44,804 nucleotides of DNA from Escherichia phage JLBYU60. The stretch's first letter is position 1, and each line of letters begins with the position of its first letter. Both the position numbers and the translations under genes were made by a program. Under the pieces are notes generated by a model. It worked only from the letters and a program-made list of their open reading frames with translations. It was not told the DNA's origin and ran no database searches. Shown here piece after piece: positions 17,617 to 26,958 of the stretch. Where the stretch lies: the sequence record NC_073052.1; one strand, given 5' to 3'.

Positions 17617-20600
17617 CGATTATCTACGACGTCACAGGGCATAAAGGCGGCGGCGGCAAACAGCACACCCCACAGGAGACGCCCGATAGCCTGCATTCGC
17701 TGGCTAAAATCCGCATCTTGCTTGCACTGGGCGAGGGTGAATTCGAAAGTATTACCAGCGCCAGCGAATTGCGGCAGCGAGTATATCTGGATGGAACGCC
17801 GATCCAGAACGCGGACTTGTCCGAAAACTTCCCCGGCGCGCGAGTGGAGTTCCGCCCAGGCACACAGCACCAGGACGTGATCCACGGATTTTCAGCGGTG
17901 GAAAGTGAGCAATCCGTCGGTGTAAAACTGGAAAACGGCACGCCGTGGGTGCGCCAGATTAATGACACCAGTTTGGACGCCGTGCGCATTCGCATCGGCA
18001 TTCCGGCCTTGTACACTAACGAAGATAATGGCGACCTGGTGGGCGGGCGCATCGACTATAAGATAGTTGTGTATACGGATAACGCCGACCCGCGTGAGTT
18101 CAGATTCGCCGCCGTTGGTAAAACAATGTCGCTGTATGAGCGCGACCACCGCATCGAATTACCGTCGAACGTGAATACCGGCTGGCGCGTGGAGGTGCAC
18201 CGCATAACGGCAGACTCCACATCGGCGAAAGTGGTTAATGATATCCGGGTGCAGTCCATCACTGAGATTATTGACGCCCGCCTGCGTTACCCGCTAACCG
18301 CGCTGTTGTTTGTGGAGTTCGACGCCAAAGCGTTCCAGAACATCCCGCGCGTGTCCATTAAGTGCAAAGGCCGTAAAGTTCTAATACCGAACAACTACGA
18401 CCCGATTAATCATACCTATTCCGGGGACTGGGACGGCACGTTTAAACGCGCATGGACGGATAACCCTGCGTGGCACTGGTACGATATTTGTATTACTGAA
18501 CGCTTCGGCCTCGGCCGGCGTATCAAACCGCAAATGTTAAACCGGTACGCGCTCTACCAGATTGCGCAGCGCTGCGATCAGTTGGTCAGCGACGGCAACG
18601 GTGGTCGAGAAATCCGCTTTAAGAATGATATGTACATCCAGTCGCAGACAGACGCCTGGACCGTGCTTAAGGATTTGGCTGCCATCTTCGCCGGAATGAC
18701 CTGGTGGGGTAACCAGATGTTGAATATTGTCAGTGACCAACCGGTCGCAGCAGTGTCGCACACTATCACCAACGCCTCGGTAATTGATGGGCGATTCGAC
18801 TACGCATCTGGTAGCCAGAAAACGCGCTATTCCACATTCGCGGTAGCATACGGCAATCCGAAAAACCACTATGAAGATGCTATCGCAACGGGGCAACGTG
18901 TCGAACTGGTACGCCGCCATAAGATTAACCGTCTTGATATTACGGCGATCGGCTGTACGCGTGAATCTGAAGCGCAACGCCGCGGGCACTGGGCGCTAAT
19001 TTCCAACCAGCTTGACCAGCAAGTTAGCTTTAAGGTTGGCATGGAGGGACTTTTCTTTATTCCGGGTAGCGTAGTCGCGATCGCCGATACAAACATTTCT
19101 GGCGGCTTCGAGACACGCGGCGGTCGCCTGTTGACAGATCCCGGCACGCGTACCGTGCTGAACACAGACAGCGAAATCACGTTCCGCCCAGGTGATAAAT
19201 TCCTGGTACGCACCGATAGCGGTAATGTGGAGACTCGCGAGATCGCCAGCGTCAACGGCAACAAGGTTACGCTAAAAACCGCACTGGACGCCGACCCTAT
19301 TCCGGACCAGCCGTTTTGCGTTGATGGCGACGATATCCAGTTGCAGAAGTTCCGCATCACCGATCTGGAATATGACGACTCTACGAGCACTTTCTCGGTG
19401 CGCGGGATTGAATACAACGATAGCAAATATGATGCCGTTGATAATGGCGCGCGCCTAGACCCGGGCATCTTTACGCAAGTGCCTGACGGCGTAATGAAGG
19501 GGCCGGAATCCGTGACCATCACCCCGTCGCAGATTTCATCGCAAGGACAGCTAATCACCAACGTGGATATTGTTTTCCCGCCGGTGAAGGACGCCGTGGT
19601 GTATGAAATCCAGTGGCGACGCACCAGCTTGCAGAATATGGAAATCCAGTGGGGTAACGACTGGGTGAATATCCCGCGCACGGCATCGAACGGTGCGCAC
19701 ATCCCTAACGTGTTCTCAGGTAACTACCAGGCACGCGTCCGCGCAATTGGCATGGGCGAAATCTCGTCACCGTGGGTGTCTTCCGCAATCACGCCAGTTG
19801 AAGGTCGCCTCGGCGGTCTTAACGCGCCTATCATCACCAACGCGATTTCGGGCCTCCACCAGATCTTGTGGAAGTGGAACCACAACAACGCCGCTACGGA
19901 TATTTCGTACACCGAGCTTGAAGTGCGCAAGACCGGTGAGACTGAATGGAAATTCCTTACCAACGTCCCATATCCGGGGGCGGAGTATGCGCAAACATCG
20001 CTGGAGTTCGGAATTTACCAGCAGTTGCGCGCCCGTGTAGCGGATAAAATCGGCAACCTGTCGGACTGGTCGGCCCCGTTTGAAGGGCAGGTGAGTGACA
20101 AAGTTGACGAGTACATGAAGGGGCTTGATGACGAGTTCTTGACTTCCGAGGATGGTAAACGCTTCCAGGAAGCAATCAACACGATCCCGCAGGGTATTTA
20201 CGAGGCGATGCTCACCGATGCGCAGCAATTGTTCAACGCCCGCGCCGAGTACAAGGGTATTTATGCGGAAATCTCGGTCGCGTATAACGTGGCGGCGGAC
20301 GCCCACAAGGCGGTCGCTCAACTGGAGACGTTGATCGGCACGCGACTTGATGACGCGGAAGCTGCGATCCACACGTTGCAGACCGCGCAGAGCACACAGG
20401 AACAAGCGTTCGCCCAGTATCAGCAAACTGTTGCCGCTAAGTTCGGGGAACAGGAAGCCGCCATCCAGCAGGTACAAACGGCAACCGCAGACGTGGCGGG
20501 AGCGCTGGCGGAATATAAGACCCAGGTCGCGACACAGTTTGGTCAGCAGTCCGCCGCTATCGAGCAGAAGATGACGTCCTCGTTTAACCATGCTGGTGGC

Positions 20601-21032
20601 AGCGCCACGTACAGTCTTAAGGCTGGCGTGACGTATAACGGGACTTACTATGACGCCGGTATGCAGCTTTCAGTTGTTACGTCAGGCAACGCAGTTAAAT
20701 CTCGTATCGCGTTCAAAGCCGACCAGTTCTATATCATGCACCCGTCAAATGGGTCGCTTTCGTCCGCGTTTATCGTTGACGGCGGGCAGGTGTATATTGA
20801 CACGGCACGCATCAAGGACGCGTCAATCAACTTTGCACAGATCACGGACACGCTGCAATCGAATAACTACGACGGCAGTACGCGTGGTTGGCGCTTAGGG
20901 AAAGACGGAACGTTTATCAACCTGGGGACTGGAAGCGGCGGCGGGATGAAACAGACGAACACAAGAATCAGCGTGAAGGACGGAAACGGCGTTCTCCGCG
21001 TGCAGATTGGTGAGCTTACTGGTAGCTGGTAG
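17613..21032 (+). CDS. Central tail fibre / host specificity protein (lambda gpJ-like)
   Basis: 1140 aa from ATG 17613 (overlaps gpI-like stop, ATGA); long stretch YSGDWDGTFKRAWTDNPAWHWYDICITERFGLGRRI...YQIAQRCDQLVSDGNGG closely parallels lambda J (YSGIWDGTFK...MAWCLWDML...GQYCDQSVPDGFGG), as recalled from memory. Confidence 0.9.
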   Translation: MTIIYDVTGHKGGGGKQHTPQETPDSLHSLAKIRILLALGEGEFESITSASELRQRVYLDGTPIQNADLSENFPGARVEFRPGTQHQDVIHGFSAVESEQSVGVKLENGTPWVRQINDTSLDAVRIRIGIPALYTNEDNGDLVGGRIDYKIVVYTDNADPREFRFAAVGKTMSLYERDHRIELPSNVNTGWRVEVHRITADSTSAKVVNDIRVQSITEIIDARLRYPLTALLFVEFDAKAFQNIPRVSIKCKGRKVLIPNNYDPINHTYSGDWDGTFKRAWTDNPAWHWYDICITERFGLGRRIKPQMLNRYALYQIAQRCDQLVSDGNGGREIRFKNDMYIQSQTDAWTVLKDLAAIFAGMTWWGNQMLNIVSDQPVAAVSHTITNASVIDGRFDYASGSQKTRYSTFAVAYGNPKNHYEDAIATGQRVELVRRHKINRLDITAIGCTRESEAQRRGHWALISNQLDQQVSFKVGMEGLFFIPGSVVAIADTNISGGFETRGGRLLTDPGTRTVLNTDSEITFRPGDKFLVRTDSGNVETREIASVNGNKVTLKTALDADPIPDQPFCVDGDDIQLQKFRITDLEYDDSTSTFSVRGIEYNDSKYDAVDNGARLDPGIFTQVPDGVMKGPESVTITPSQISSQGQLITNVDIVFPPVKDAVVYEIQWRRTSLQNMEIQWGNDWVNIPRTASNGAHIPNVFSGNYQARVRAIGMGEISSPWVSSAITPVEGRLGGLNAPIITNAISGLHQILWKWNHNNAATDISYTELEVRKTGETEWKFLTNVPYPGAEYAQTSLEFGIYQQLRARVADKIGNLSDWSAPFEGQVSDKVDEYMKGLDDEFLTSEDGKRFQEAINTIPQGIYEAMLTDAQQLFNARAEYKGIYAEISVAYNVAADAHKAVAQLETLIGTRLDDAEAAIHTLQTAQSTQEQAFAQYQQTVAAKFGEQEAAIQQVQTATADVAGALAEYKTQVATQFGQQSAAIEQKMTSSFNHAGGSATYSLKAGVTYNGTYYDAGMQLSVVTSGNAVKSRIAFKADQFYIMHPSNGSLSSAFIVDGGQVYIDTARIKDASINFAQITDTLQSNNYDGSTRGWRLGKDGTFINLGTGSGGGMKQTNTRISVKDGNGVLRVQIGELTGSW

Positions 21033-21035
21033 TAT

Positions 21036-21056
21036 GGGGGCTTCGGCCCCTTTTTA
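21036..21056 (+). terminator. Rho-independent terminator after gpJ-like gene
   Basis: GGGGC-ttcg-GCCCC followed by TTTTT. Confidence 0.75.
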
Positions 21057-21068
21057 ACGAGGTTATTT

Positions 21069-21371
21069 ATGGCATTCGGTATCGCAACGTGGGACGCGCA
21101 AGGACGCCCAAACAACTACGGCATTAAACCGGTAAGCGTGATCGGAAGGATTCATCTTGCGGAAGGACAAAAATCAGGCGCATGGTCATTCCCTGTACCG
21201 GCGGGGATGAAGGTCGGATACGTGGTCGCACTGGATAAAGGCGCGGTCGGGCCAGGACGCAGAATCACCGCCAGCGGGAACACTATCACGGTTTCCGCAG
21301 CAAGTGAGGTTGGTGGCGGGGTTTACTCCGCATCTGAATGTGACGTTATTGTTTTTGTGGAGCGAGCATAA
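21069..21371 (+). CDS. Hypothetical tail-associated protein
   Basis: 100-aa ORF after the gpJ terminator with plausible RBS; no recognisable motif. Confidence 0.45.
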   Translation: MAFGIATWDAQGRPNNYGIKPVSVIGRIHLAEGQKSGAWSFPVPAGMKVGYVVALDKGAVGPGRRITASGNTITVSAASEVGGGVYSASECDVIVFVERA

Positions 21372-22045
21372 TGGCTAATTACGGCGCGTTGATTGACTTA
21401 CCAAACGGCAACCCGTTTATCACGCCAGAATCGACGCCGTTTTGTCTATTCCGCCGTGTGGTTGTTGGGTCTTCGGCTAACGGCACTGCGCAGTCGGCGG
21501 CTGCCGATATTAATTTGGGTGGTGACTACCCTGCAATAGCGTTTGTGAAAACTACGCACACCGCCCAGCCGACCGTAGTAGGGTCTTCTCGCGTTGGTAA
21601 TGTGGTGAAGGTGAGCGCCAGCAATCCATTCGGGCAGGGCTTCACGATGACGGCTTACATCTTTGCTATATTCCCACAGACCCTTCCGCGGTGGGGCTTC
21701 GCTATTTGGGATAAGACGGGGAAGCTAGTGCTTACTAATGAGAGTCGCGTACTAAGTGATTTAGTTACCGTCGGATCGCCAGGCGCTAACGGGGGGATTA
21801 ACATTGACCAGACGCTAAACGGCAGCTACGCCGTCGCTCCGGGCATATTGGGGTCTACGCTGATCCGGTTTTTTGTGCAGGGCCAGCCGCAAGTAATATC
21901 GGTAACGGCGTACACGGGGGCCAGATTTGATGGGTCGCGAACGCGTATATCGGCAGCGTCGTCGGGGAACGCCACGGGGGATGTGGTGGGGTATACTAAC
22001 AACGGCAACGCGATTATGGCGATTAACACCGCCAATTATGATTGA
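21371..22045 (+). CDS. Hypothetical tail-associated protein
   Basis: 224 aa, start overlaps upstream stop (TAATG); between gpJ and the side tail fibre. Confidence 0.45.
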   Translation: MANYGALIDLPNGNPFITPESTPFCLFRRVVVGSSANGTAQSAAADINLGGDYPAIAFVKTTHTAQPTVVGSSRVGNVVKVSASNPFGQGFTMTAYIFAIFPQTLPRWGFAIWDKTGKLVLTNESRVLSDLVTVGSPGANGGINIDQTLNGSYAVAPGILGSTLIRFFVQGQPQVISVTAYTGARFDGSRTRISAASSGNATGDVVGYTNNGNAIMAINTANYD

Positions 22046-22046
22046 A

Positions 22047-22069
22047 GAAAGCCCCGAAAGGGGCTTATT
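22047..22069. terminator. Bidirectional terminator between convergent genes
   Basis: AAAGCCCC-gaaa-GGGGCTT with A-run upstream and T-rich tract downstream; between + gene ending 22045 and - lipoprotein gene ending 22065. Confidence 0.65.
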
Positions 22070-22283
22070 TGCAGGTTGTGCTTTTGAAGTGGTCTACAGA
22101 CACGTACTGGAAGCCGAACGGATAGCCCGCCCTTAGCATTTTATGCCCGGAGAAGTCTGCAACACCATACACAGGGACCGCATAATCCATACCGCCAGTG
22201 TGGTATGTCGCGTCGCAGATTTTTGACGGCATACCGGCACAACCTGACAGAAGAACCGCACAAATCATAATTAAAGTTTTCAT
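22065..22283 (-). CDS. Small lipoprotein, candidate superinfection-exclusion protein (Cor/Llp-like)
   Basis: 72 aa from ATG 22283 with RBS AGGAGATGA; signal peptide MKTLIMICAVLLSGC with lipobox LSG-C; antisense gene embedded among tail fibre genes with its own sigma70-like promoter. Confidence 0.6.
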   Translation of the reverse strand: MKTLIMICAVLLSGCAGMPSKICDATYHTGGMDYAVPVYGVADFSGHKMLRAGYPFGFQYVSVDHFKSTTCK

Positions 22284-22314
22284 GGTATCATCTCCTATAT
22301 TTGGTTGAGTTTTA

Positions 22315-22346
22315 GTATTACACCGCCCAACCAGGATTGCAACCAA
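22315..22346 (-). promoter_or_regulatory. Putative promoter for the antisense lipoprotein gene
   Basis: On minus strand: ATTGGTTGCAA containing -35 TTGCAA (22342-22337), 16-bp spacer, -10 TAATAC (22320-22315). Confidence 0.4.
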
Positions 22347-22363
22347 TTTAAGAGGATTTAGCT

Positions 22364-24049
22364 ATGGCAGCGGGTACACTATCCGTAACGAATAACAGCA
22401 AGGCGGTTGTCGGGGTAGGCACGACGTTTACCGCGTTTAAAGCTGGCGACTTCTTAACGCTGGTGGTAGGACAAGTCCCCTACACCGTGGCAATCGCGTC
22501 CATTGAAAGCGCAACCGCGCTTACGCTGGTGCTGCCGTTCGACGGCCCAACGGCAACCGGCCTCGCGTGGGATGGCGTTAAGCGCGATACCATGTCGCTG
22601 GCAACGATGGGCGTTACCGTACAGGCTCAAAAAGCATTGCGCTTGATGATTGCAGATGAAAACAACTGGCGTGCAATCTTCGGCGACGCTGAAGAAATCA
22701 CGGTCACGCTGCCGAACGGGCAGGTGATGCAGGGTATGTCATGGGGCTACCTGTCGCAGTTGATGAAACAGATCGACCCAGTGGAAATGCGCGACCTGCA
22801 ACAACAAGCCGCCGCATCGGAAGCAGCCGCGCAAGGATTTCGCAATGAGGCAGAAGGCTTCAAAAACGACACCAACACCATCAAGACGCAGACCAACCAG
22901 ATTAAGACGGACACACAGGCTATCCACGACGCCACCAATACCATCAAGACGCAGACCAACCAGATTAAGACGGATACGCAGGCCATCAAGGACCAGACCA
23001 ACCAAATTAAGACGGATACCGGAGTTATTCGCGACCAGGCCAACACCGCGAAGACGGACGCGCAAGCCGCCCGCGATGCCGCGCAGGTATACAGGGACGA
23101 GGCCGAACAATTCAAAAATGAGGTTGACCCGTCTCAATACGCTAAGGTAAGTAACAACCTCACCGACCTCACCGACAAAACCGCGGCACGGCAGACTCTC
23201 AACGCAATCGGCGTCGGGGATTATGGCATCGGAGGCGGCGCACCTGGCGGAAGTTGGGACACAGCAGATGATAGCACCCTGATCGCTACAAACACAGGGT
23301 CCCCACTAGGTGACGTCTCCGTAGCGGGTGTGCATGTTAAGTTTGCGCAAAACTATGCTGTACAGTTCGCGGCGCGTCAAAGCCGATTTTTCTGGCGAAC
23401 TAAAGAGAATGGGGCGCTACAGAATTGGTGCGAAGCGGTGAAGCCGGGGGACTACGGACTAGGGATTGAAAACTCAGTCCCCCCGCCGAATACGCAGGCT
23501 TGCTTTTTCTCGCAGTCGATCGGAACACCGACTTGGGCACCTGCAAACGGCGCAGGATTTCAATCGGCCTACTCGCCCTCTCGTGTCGCACAGCTTATGG
23601 TCGGCGCGTTGCCAGCGCTCTACTATCGTTGGAACACCTCCGGCAACGCGCAAGTCTCCGCTTCGACGGCGCCGTGGTCACGGGTGCAAGATGCCGGTAC
23701 GTCTGACGCCCGTGTGAAGGATATTAAGGGAAATTTAAATGTGGAGGCGGCGCTGGATAACATCAACCGCCTTGAGTTTAAGTTATTCCGGTATACGTTT
23801 GACGAACCGGAGCGATCTACGCGACGCGGAATCATTGCACAGCAAGCGGCAACGGTTGACCGGGAATATGTGCACGACCACGAAGTTCCGGGGATGATGA
23901 CGTTAGACTTAAACCCGCTTGTCGCGGATTGCCTGGCGGCTATTAAAGCGTTAAGAGCGCGTGACGAGGCGAACAAGGCCGAGATTGCAGAACTGAAAGC
24001 TGCCGTAGCGGATTTGAAAGCCGCGGTCGCGGCGCTGACTAAAGCATAA
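22364..24049 (+). CDS. Side tail fibre with C-terminal intramolecular chaperone (peptidase S74-like) domain
   Basis: 561 aa; tandem 21-aa repeats (NTIKTQTNQIKTDTQAI...); C-terminal region DARVKDIKG...LEFKLFRYTFD...GIIAQQAATVD typical of auto-cleaving chaperone domains of phage fibres/endosialidases; terminator downstream. Confidence 0.75.
   Translation: MAAGTLSVTNNSKAVVGVGTTFTAFKAGDFLTLVVGQVPYTVAIASIESATALTLVLPFDGPTATGLAWDGVKRDTMSLATMGVTVQAQKALRLMIADENNWRAIFGDAEEITVTLPNGQVMQGMSWGYLSQLMKQIDPVEMRDLQQQAAASEAAAQGFRNEAEGFKNDTNTIKTQTNQIKTDTQAIHDATNTIKTQTNQIKTDTQAIKDQTNQIKTDTGVIRDQANTAKTDAQAARDAAQVYRDEAEQFKNEVDPSQYAKVSNNLTDLTDKTAARQTLNAIGVGDYGIGGGAPGGSWDTADDSTLIATNTGSPLGDVSVAGVHVKFAQNYAVQFAARQSRFFWRTKENGALQNWCEAVKPGDYGLGIENSVPPPNTQACFFSQSIGTPTWAPANGAGFQSAYSPSRVAQLMVGALPALYYRWNTSGNAQVSASTAPWSRVQDAGTSDARVKDIKGNLNVEAALDNINRLEFKLFRYTFDEPERSTRRGIIAQQAATVDREYVHDHEVPGMMTLDLNPLVADCLAAIKALRARDEANKAEIAELKAAVADLKAAVAALTKA
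22877..23020 (+). repeat. In-frame tandem 63-bp repeats within tail fibre gene
   Basis: About 2.3 copies of accatcaagacgcagaccaaccagattaagacgga... (21-aa unit TIKTQTNQIKTDTQAI). Confidence 0.8.
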
Positions 24050-24055
24050 CGAGAA

Positions 24056-24078
24056 GGGGCCGCACGGCCCCTTTTTTA
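24056..24078 (+). terminator. Rho-independent terminator after tail fibre gene
   Basis: GGGGCC-gcac-GGCCCC followed by TTTTTT. Confidence 0.8.
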
Positions 24079-24651
24079 GTTTGAGTTTTCCCAGTCCATT
24101 TTGCGCCGCACCAGCGGGCTTTCGTAATATTCCTTGCCTTCCACTTCCACTAAGGGCCAGTCGTTCACTATAACGTATGGCTCCGCGATATCCTCGATCA
24201 CGCCGTGCGCACTATGTTGCCCGAAATCTACGCCCACCAGAATAACACCGGCAACTCGACGAGTGAGATACTCGCGAGCGCAACGCGCCTCTACCAGTCC
24301 GCGACGGATGCCGCTGGTGGCTTTGACCTCATATGTCCATACGGCATCAATCATGTGTTCTTTGTAGTCGGGGCCGGACTTAACCTTGCGCTTGCCGACC
24401 ATGATAATATCGCCGCGGTCGATAGTGTTAGCGCTAAACAGGCCAGTACGCATTAGCAAACCTTGTGGAATACAGCTACGCCCTCCCGCCTGCCCTTCGA
24501 GGTACATGCCTGCAAACATCTCGCCCAGTACACCGACAAGACGGCTTTGCTTGCACGCGTCAGACTTGTATCGCCACTGGTCAAACTCGATGCTTGCTAT
24601 CATTGCCGCCAGGTGGAATTGTTTACCCGATATTTCATATTCGCCGTACAT
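24076..24651 (-). CDS. Hypothetical protein, possible PD-(D/E)xK-type nuclease
   Basis: 191 aa; weak D...EVK signature (GDIIMVG...WTYEVKATSG); first gene of the minus-strand DNA metabolism block. Confidence 0.4.
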   Translation of the reverse strand: MYGEYEISGKQFHLAAMIASIEFDQWRYKSDACKQSRLVGVLGEMFAGMYLEGQAGGRSCIPQGLLMRTGLFSANTIDRGDIIMVGKRKVKSGPDYKEHMIDAVWTYEVKATSGIRRGLVEARCAREYLTRRVAGVILVGVDFGQHSAHGVIEDIAEPYVIVNDWPLVEVEGKEYYESPLVRRKMDWENSN

Positions 24652-24693
24652 TGTGTTGCCCTCATTGATGCGGGCCGAAGCCCGCGATTAGAA

Positions 24694-25215
24694 TTATTTA
24701 AGTGCGCCAGTCACCAGTGTTTTTTCCATGTTACGGAAGTCTTCCGGCGTCATGAGGATTTTAGATCCGTCTTCGCCGGTGAGTACGACCATAGGCTGTA
24801 CGTCCTGATCTGCGATGCCAAAATTAGCGGCTTTAACCATCTTGCCCGCCGATGCAGAAGGACGCCACGTTCCGCCGGTGGAGATGGGACAGCCTTTGAG
24901 GCTGTCGAATTGTGCTGCCGTTGTATCGATCTGAATCTCGTCGTGCACGGTCATGTAAGACTCACCCAGCAGTGCGGCATATGCTACCAGGTCCACGATG
25001 TTATCTTCCTGGTGCTTACGGTGCTGGCGCACCAGCTTCAGGCAGATCAGGAAGGTCCAGGCTTCTTGCTCGGTAAGGTCGCGCCCGGTAAGCGCGTTAA
25101 ACACGGCGGCGACCTGTTTAGCGCTGCGTTCTTCTTTCGCGTTGTCATAGCCGTTTTCTTTTCCGCGCTGCTCCATAGTGGTGGCGGCGTTTTTGCAGTA
25201 TTCGTATGCTTTCAT
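24694..25215 (-). CDS. Hypothetical protein
   Basis: 173 aa from ATG 25215 with RBS AGGAG (six-frame ORF extends to 25290 without RBS); no motif identified. Confidence 0.5.
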   Translation of the reverse strand: MKAYEYCKNAATTMEQRGKENGYDNAKEERSAKQVAAVFNALTGRDLTEQEAWTFLICLKLVRQHRKHQEDNIVDLVAYAALLGESYMTVHDEIQIDTTAAQFDSLKGCPISTGGTWRPSASAGKMVKAANFGIADQDVQPMVVLTGEDGSKILMTPEDFRNMEKTLVTGALK

Positions 25216-25277
25216 GGTTTGTCTCCTTTTAGGGGAGGCAGTATTGCCTCCCGATGTGGTTAATATAGTTGGTTGCA

Positions 25278-25748
25278 TTATTGGTTGCAAGTGAATTTTG
25301 CAAGATTCACAGAATAAATATGCGGGACCAGTTCTTCACACGCCCGTTTGATGGCGGCGATGTTCTTCGCGCAGTCGTCAATGATGACCAGTTCGTTAAC
25401 TTCTGCATAGCACACCAGGCCAAATACGGAACGGGCCTTGTACTCTGGCGGCGGCGTGTCATCAAGCATATGGCGTAAGAACAGACGACCTTTCGGGAAT
25501 CTATCCAATTGCTCTTTCGTTGACTCCCAGCAATCTGACTGGCGGTTTGACAGGTACGCAATGTCGAAGCCCTGTTTAGCGTACATGCGCAATAACGGCA
25601 GCATGTCATAATTAATGTCTTCGCGGACGTGGGCCTTATGCCACTTCGCCCAAAACGTTGATTTAGTCTTGATCCCCGGAACTAGGTCGTCGCGCACACT
25701 GCTTGACCCGTTGATAACGCCATCTAAATCGCAAATCAGTAGTTTCAT
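25278..25748 (-). CDS. HAD-superfamily phosphatase (nucleotidase / polynucleotide phosphatase-like)
   Basis: 156 aa; HAD motif I LICDLDGV and motif IV VIIDD. Confidence 0.65.
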   Translation of the reverse strand: MKLLICDLDGVINGSSSVRDDLVPGIKTKSTFWAKWHKAHVREDINYDMLPLLRMYAKQGFDIAYLSNRQSDCWESTKEQLDRFPKGRLFLRHMLDDTPPPEYKARSVFGLVCYAEVNELVIIDDCAKNIAAIKRACEELVPHIYSVNLAKFTCNQ

Positions 25749-25922
25749 TTTAATTCCGCCATTAAATTTTCACGTACAATACGGGCCGAGAATGCGTCGC
25801 ACACAAGATGGCAACGCGCCGTCATGACAAGCCAGCCAGTTAGGTCAAGGCCCAGCAATTGATGAGGTTGGCTTGCGCGCCTTACTTTATTTCCAGGGAA
25901 AACCTGGTAGCGTTTAATTATT

Positions 25923-26432
25923 TCATCCACGACGCGAGGACTTCGGTCGACGACTAAGATATTCATTTAATTCACCTTCGCTCATTATTTCGATTTGTGC
26001 GCTGCCGTTTGGCGGCACTTCTTCAAAGATTATCAATTGCTGGCACTTGTTGTTACTCGGCCCGACCTTACCGGTGACGGCGTGTATAAACCGGATCCGC
26101 CAGTCCAGCAAAATAATCAGGTTTGCAGTCTTCCTGGCCAGCTTCGCCCACTTCGTCGACGTGTCCTGATTCAGTAGCATGACCGTCCGGCGTCCGTGCG
26201 CTGCGCACTCTACCCACGGCAGCGGATCGGAATACGGCGGATTGCACCACTTCCACCCTTTCAACTCGGACCAGTCCACATCAAGCGCGCTGTGTTCCGC
26301 CGTGAAGTAACGCGGTAGCAGATGATTGGCGTCGCTTGCCGCCATATCGTAACGGAATAGGTATTTCCGACGAAGCGGTTTAAATAAAGCTGGCGGCGTG
26401 CGCCAGCTATCTTTTTGCTCATTCTCCGTCAT
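25923..26432 (-). CDS. DNA N6-adenine methyltransferase (phage Dam family)
   Basis: 169 aa; N-terminal WRTPPALF and catalytic WCNPPYS (NPPY motif IV), characteristic of small phage Dam methyltransferases. Confidence 0.8.
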   Translation of the reverse strand: MTENEQKDSWRTPPALFKPLRRKYLFRYDMAASDANHLLPRYFTAEHSALDVDWSELKGWKWCNPPYSDPLPWVECAAHGRRTVMLLNQDTSTKWAKLARKTANLIILLDWRIRFIHAVTGKVGPSNNKCQQLIIFEEVPPNGSAQIEIMSEGELNEYLSRRPKSSRRG

Positions 26433-26877
26433 AGTCGGGATCTATCGCATACAGGGCGGTTTTCTTGCCACTGGATAGCACGCGTTGGACTCGGGATAGC
26501 TCCGCCCTACTGAGCGGTCGGCTATCGGAATAGTAGCTGCCGTTTGCACGCCACGCTATACGCACCAGTCCTTTCCGCGGGATCGAAGACTGGCTGCCCT
26601 TCGGACGGACGTACTCCTCGGCCAGTTTGCAATGCTCGCGCAGACCTTCGGCAGTGATGCGGTTTAGCGCGACGGTGGTTGTGTACCCGGTGCGCTGCAT
26701 AATACCCATCAACTCATACAGCAGTTCGAAGCGCTCCTCTAACTCCTTGCGCATCTTTTCCTCGCCTTCATAGCTCGCCATGTAGGTATCCGCCAGCGCG
26801 TTCGCCCGTTCGACCTGTTCGCGGGCTTCGAGGCATTGCGCGGCCCAGTAATTTTTCTCTTCTTGTAAAATTTTCAT
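26419..26877 (-). CDS. Hypothetical protein
   Basis: 152-aa ORF; two TTGGTTGCA motifs and a sigma70-like promoter upstream; overlaps Dam start by 14 nt. Confidence 0.5.
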   Translation of the reverse strand: MKILQEEKNYWAAQCLEAREQVERANALADTYMASYEGEEKMRKELEERFELLYELMGIMQRTGYTTTVALNRITAEGLREHCKLAEEYVRPKGSQSSIPRKGLVRIAWRANGSYYSDSRPLSRAELSRVQRVLSSGKKTALYAIDPDYDGE

Positions 26878-26958
26878 CGTGTTGTCTCCAGGTATTAAAA
26901 AAGGCGTCCAAACCGGACACCCTTAAGATAATGCAACCAATATGATTATGCAACCAAT

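Noticed and set aside
19767-20591. Long antisense ORFs inside gpJ (19767-20591 and 18869-19702, minus) and inside the major tail gene (10294-11025, minus)
   Set aside because: Fully embedded in well-supported genes on the opposite strand, arginine/leucine-rich composition typical of antisense reading of GC-rich coding DNA, no RBS.
22747-23137. Minus-strand ORFs across the tail fibre repeat region
   Set aside because: Artefacts of the in-frame tandem DNA repeats within the tail fibre gene.
24668-24686. GC-rich hairpin GCGGGC-cgaa-GCCCGC between two minus-strand genes as a terminator
   Set aside because: On the transcribed strand it is not followed by a U-tract and is immediately followed by the next gene's RBS; more likely an intercistronic stability or processing stem-loop.
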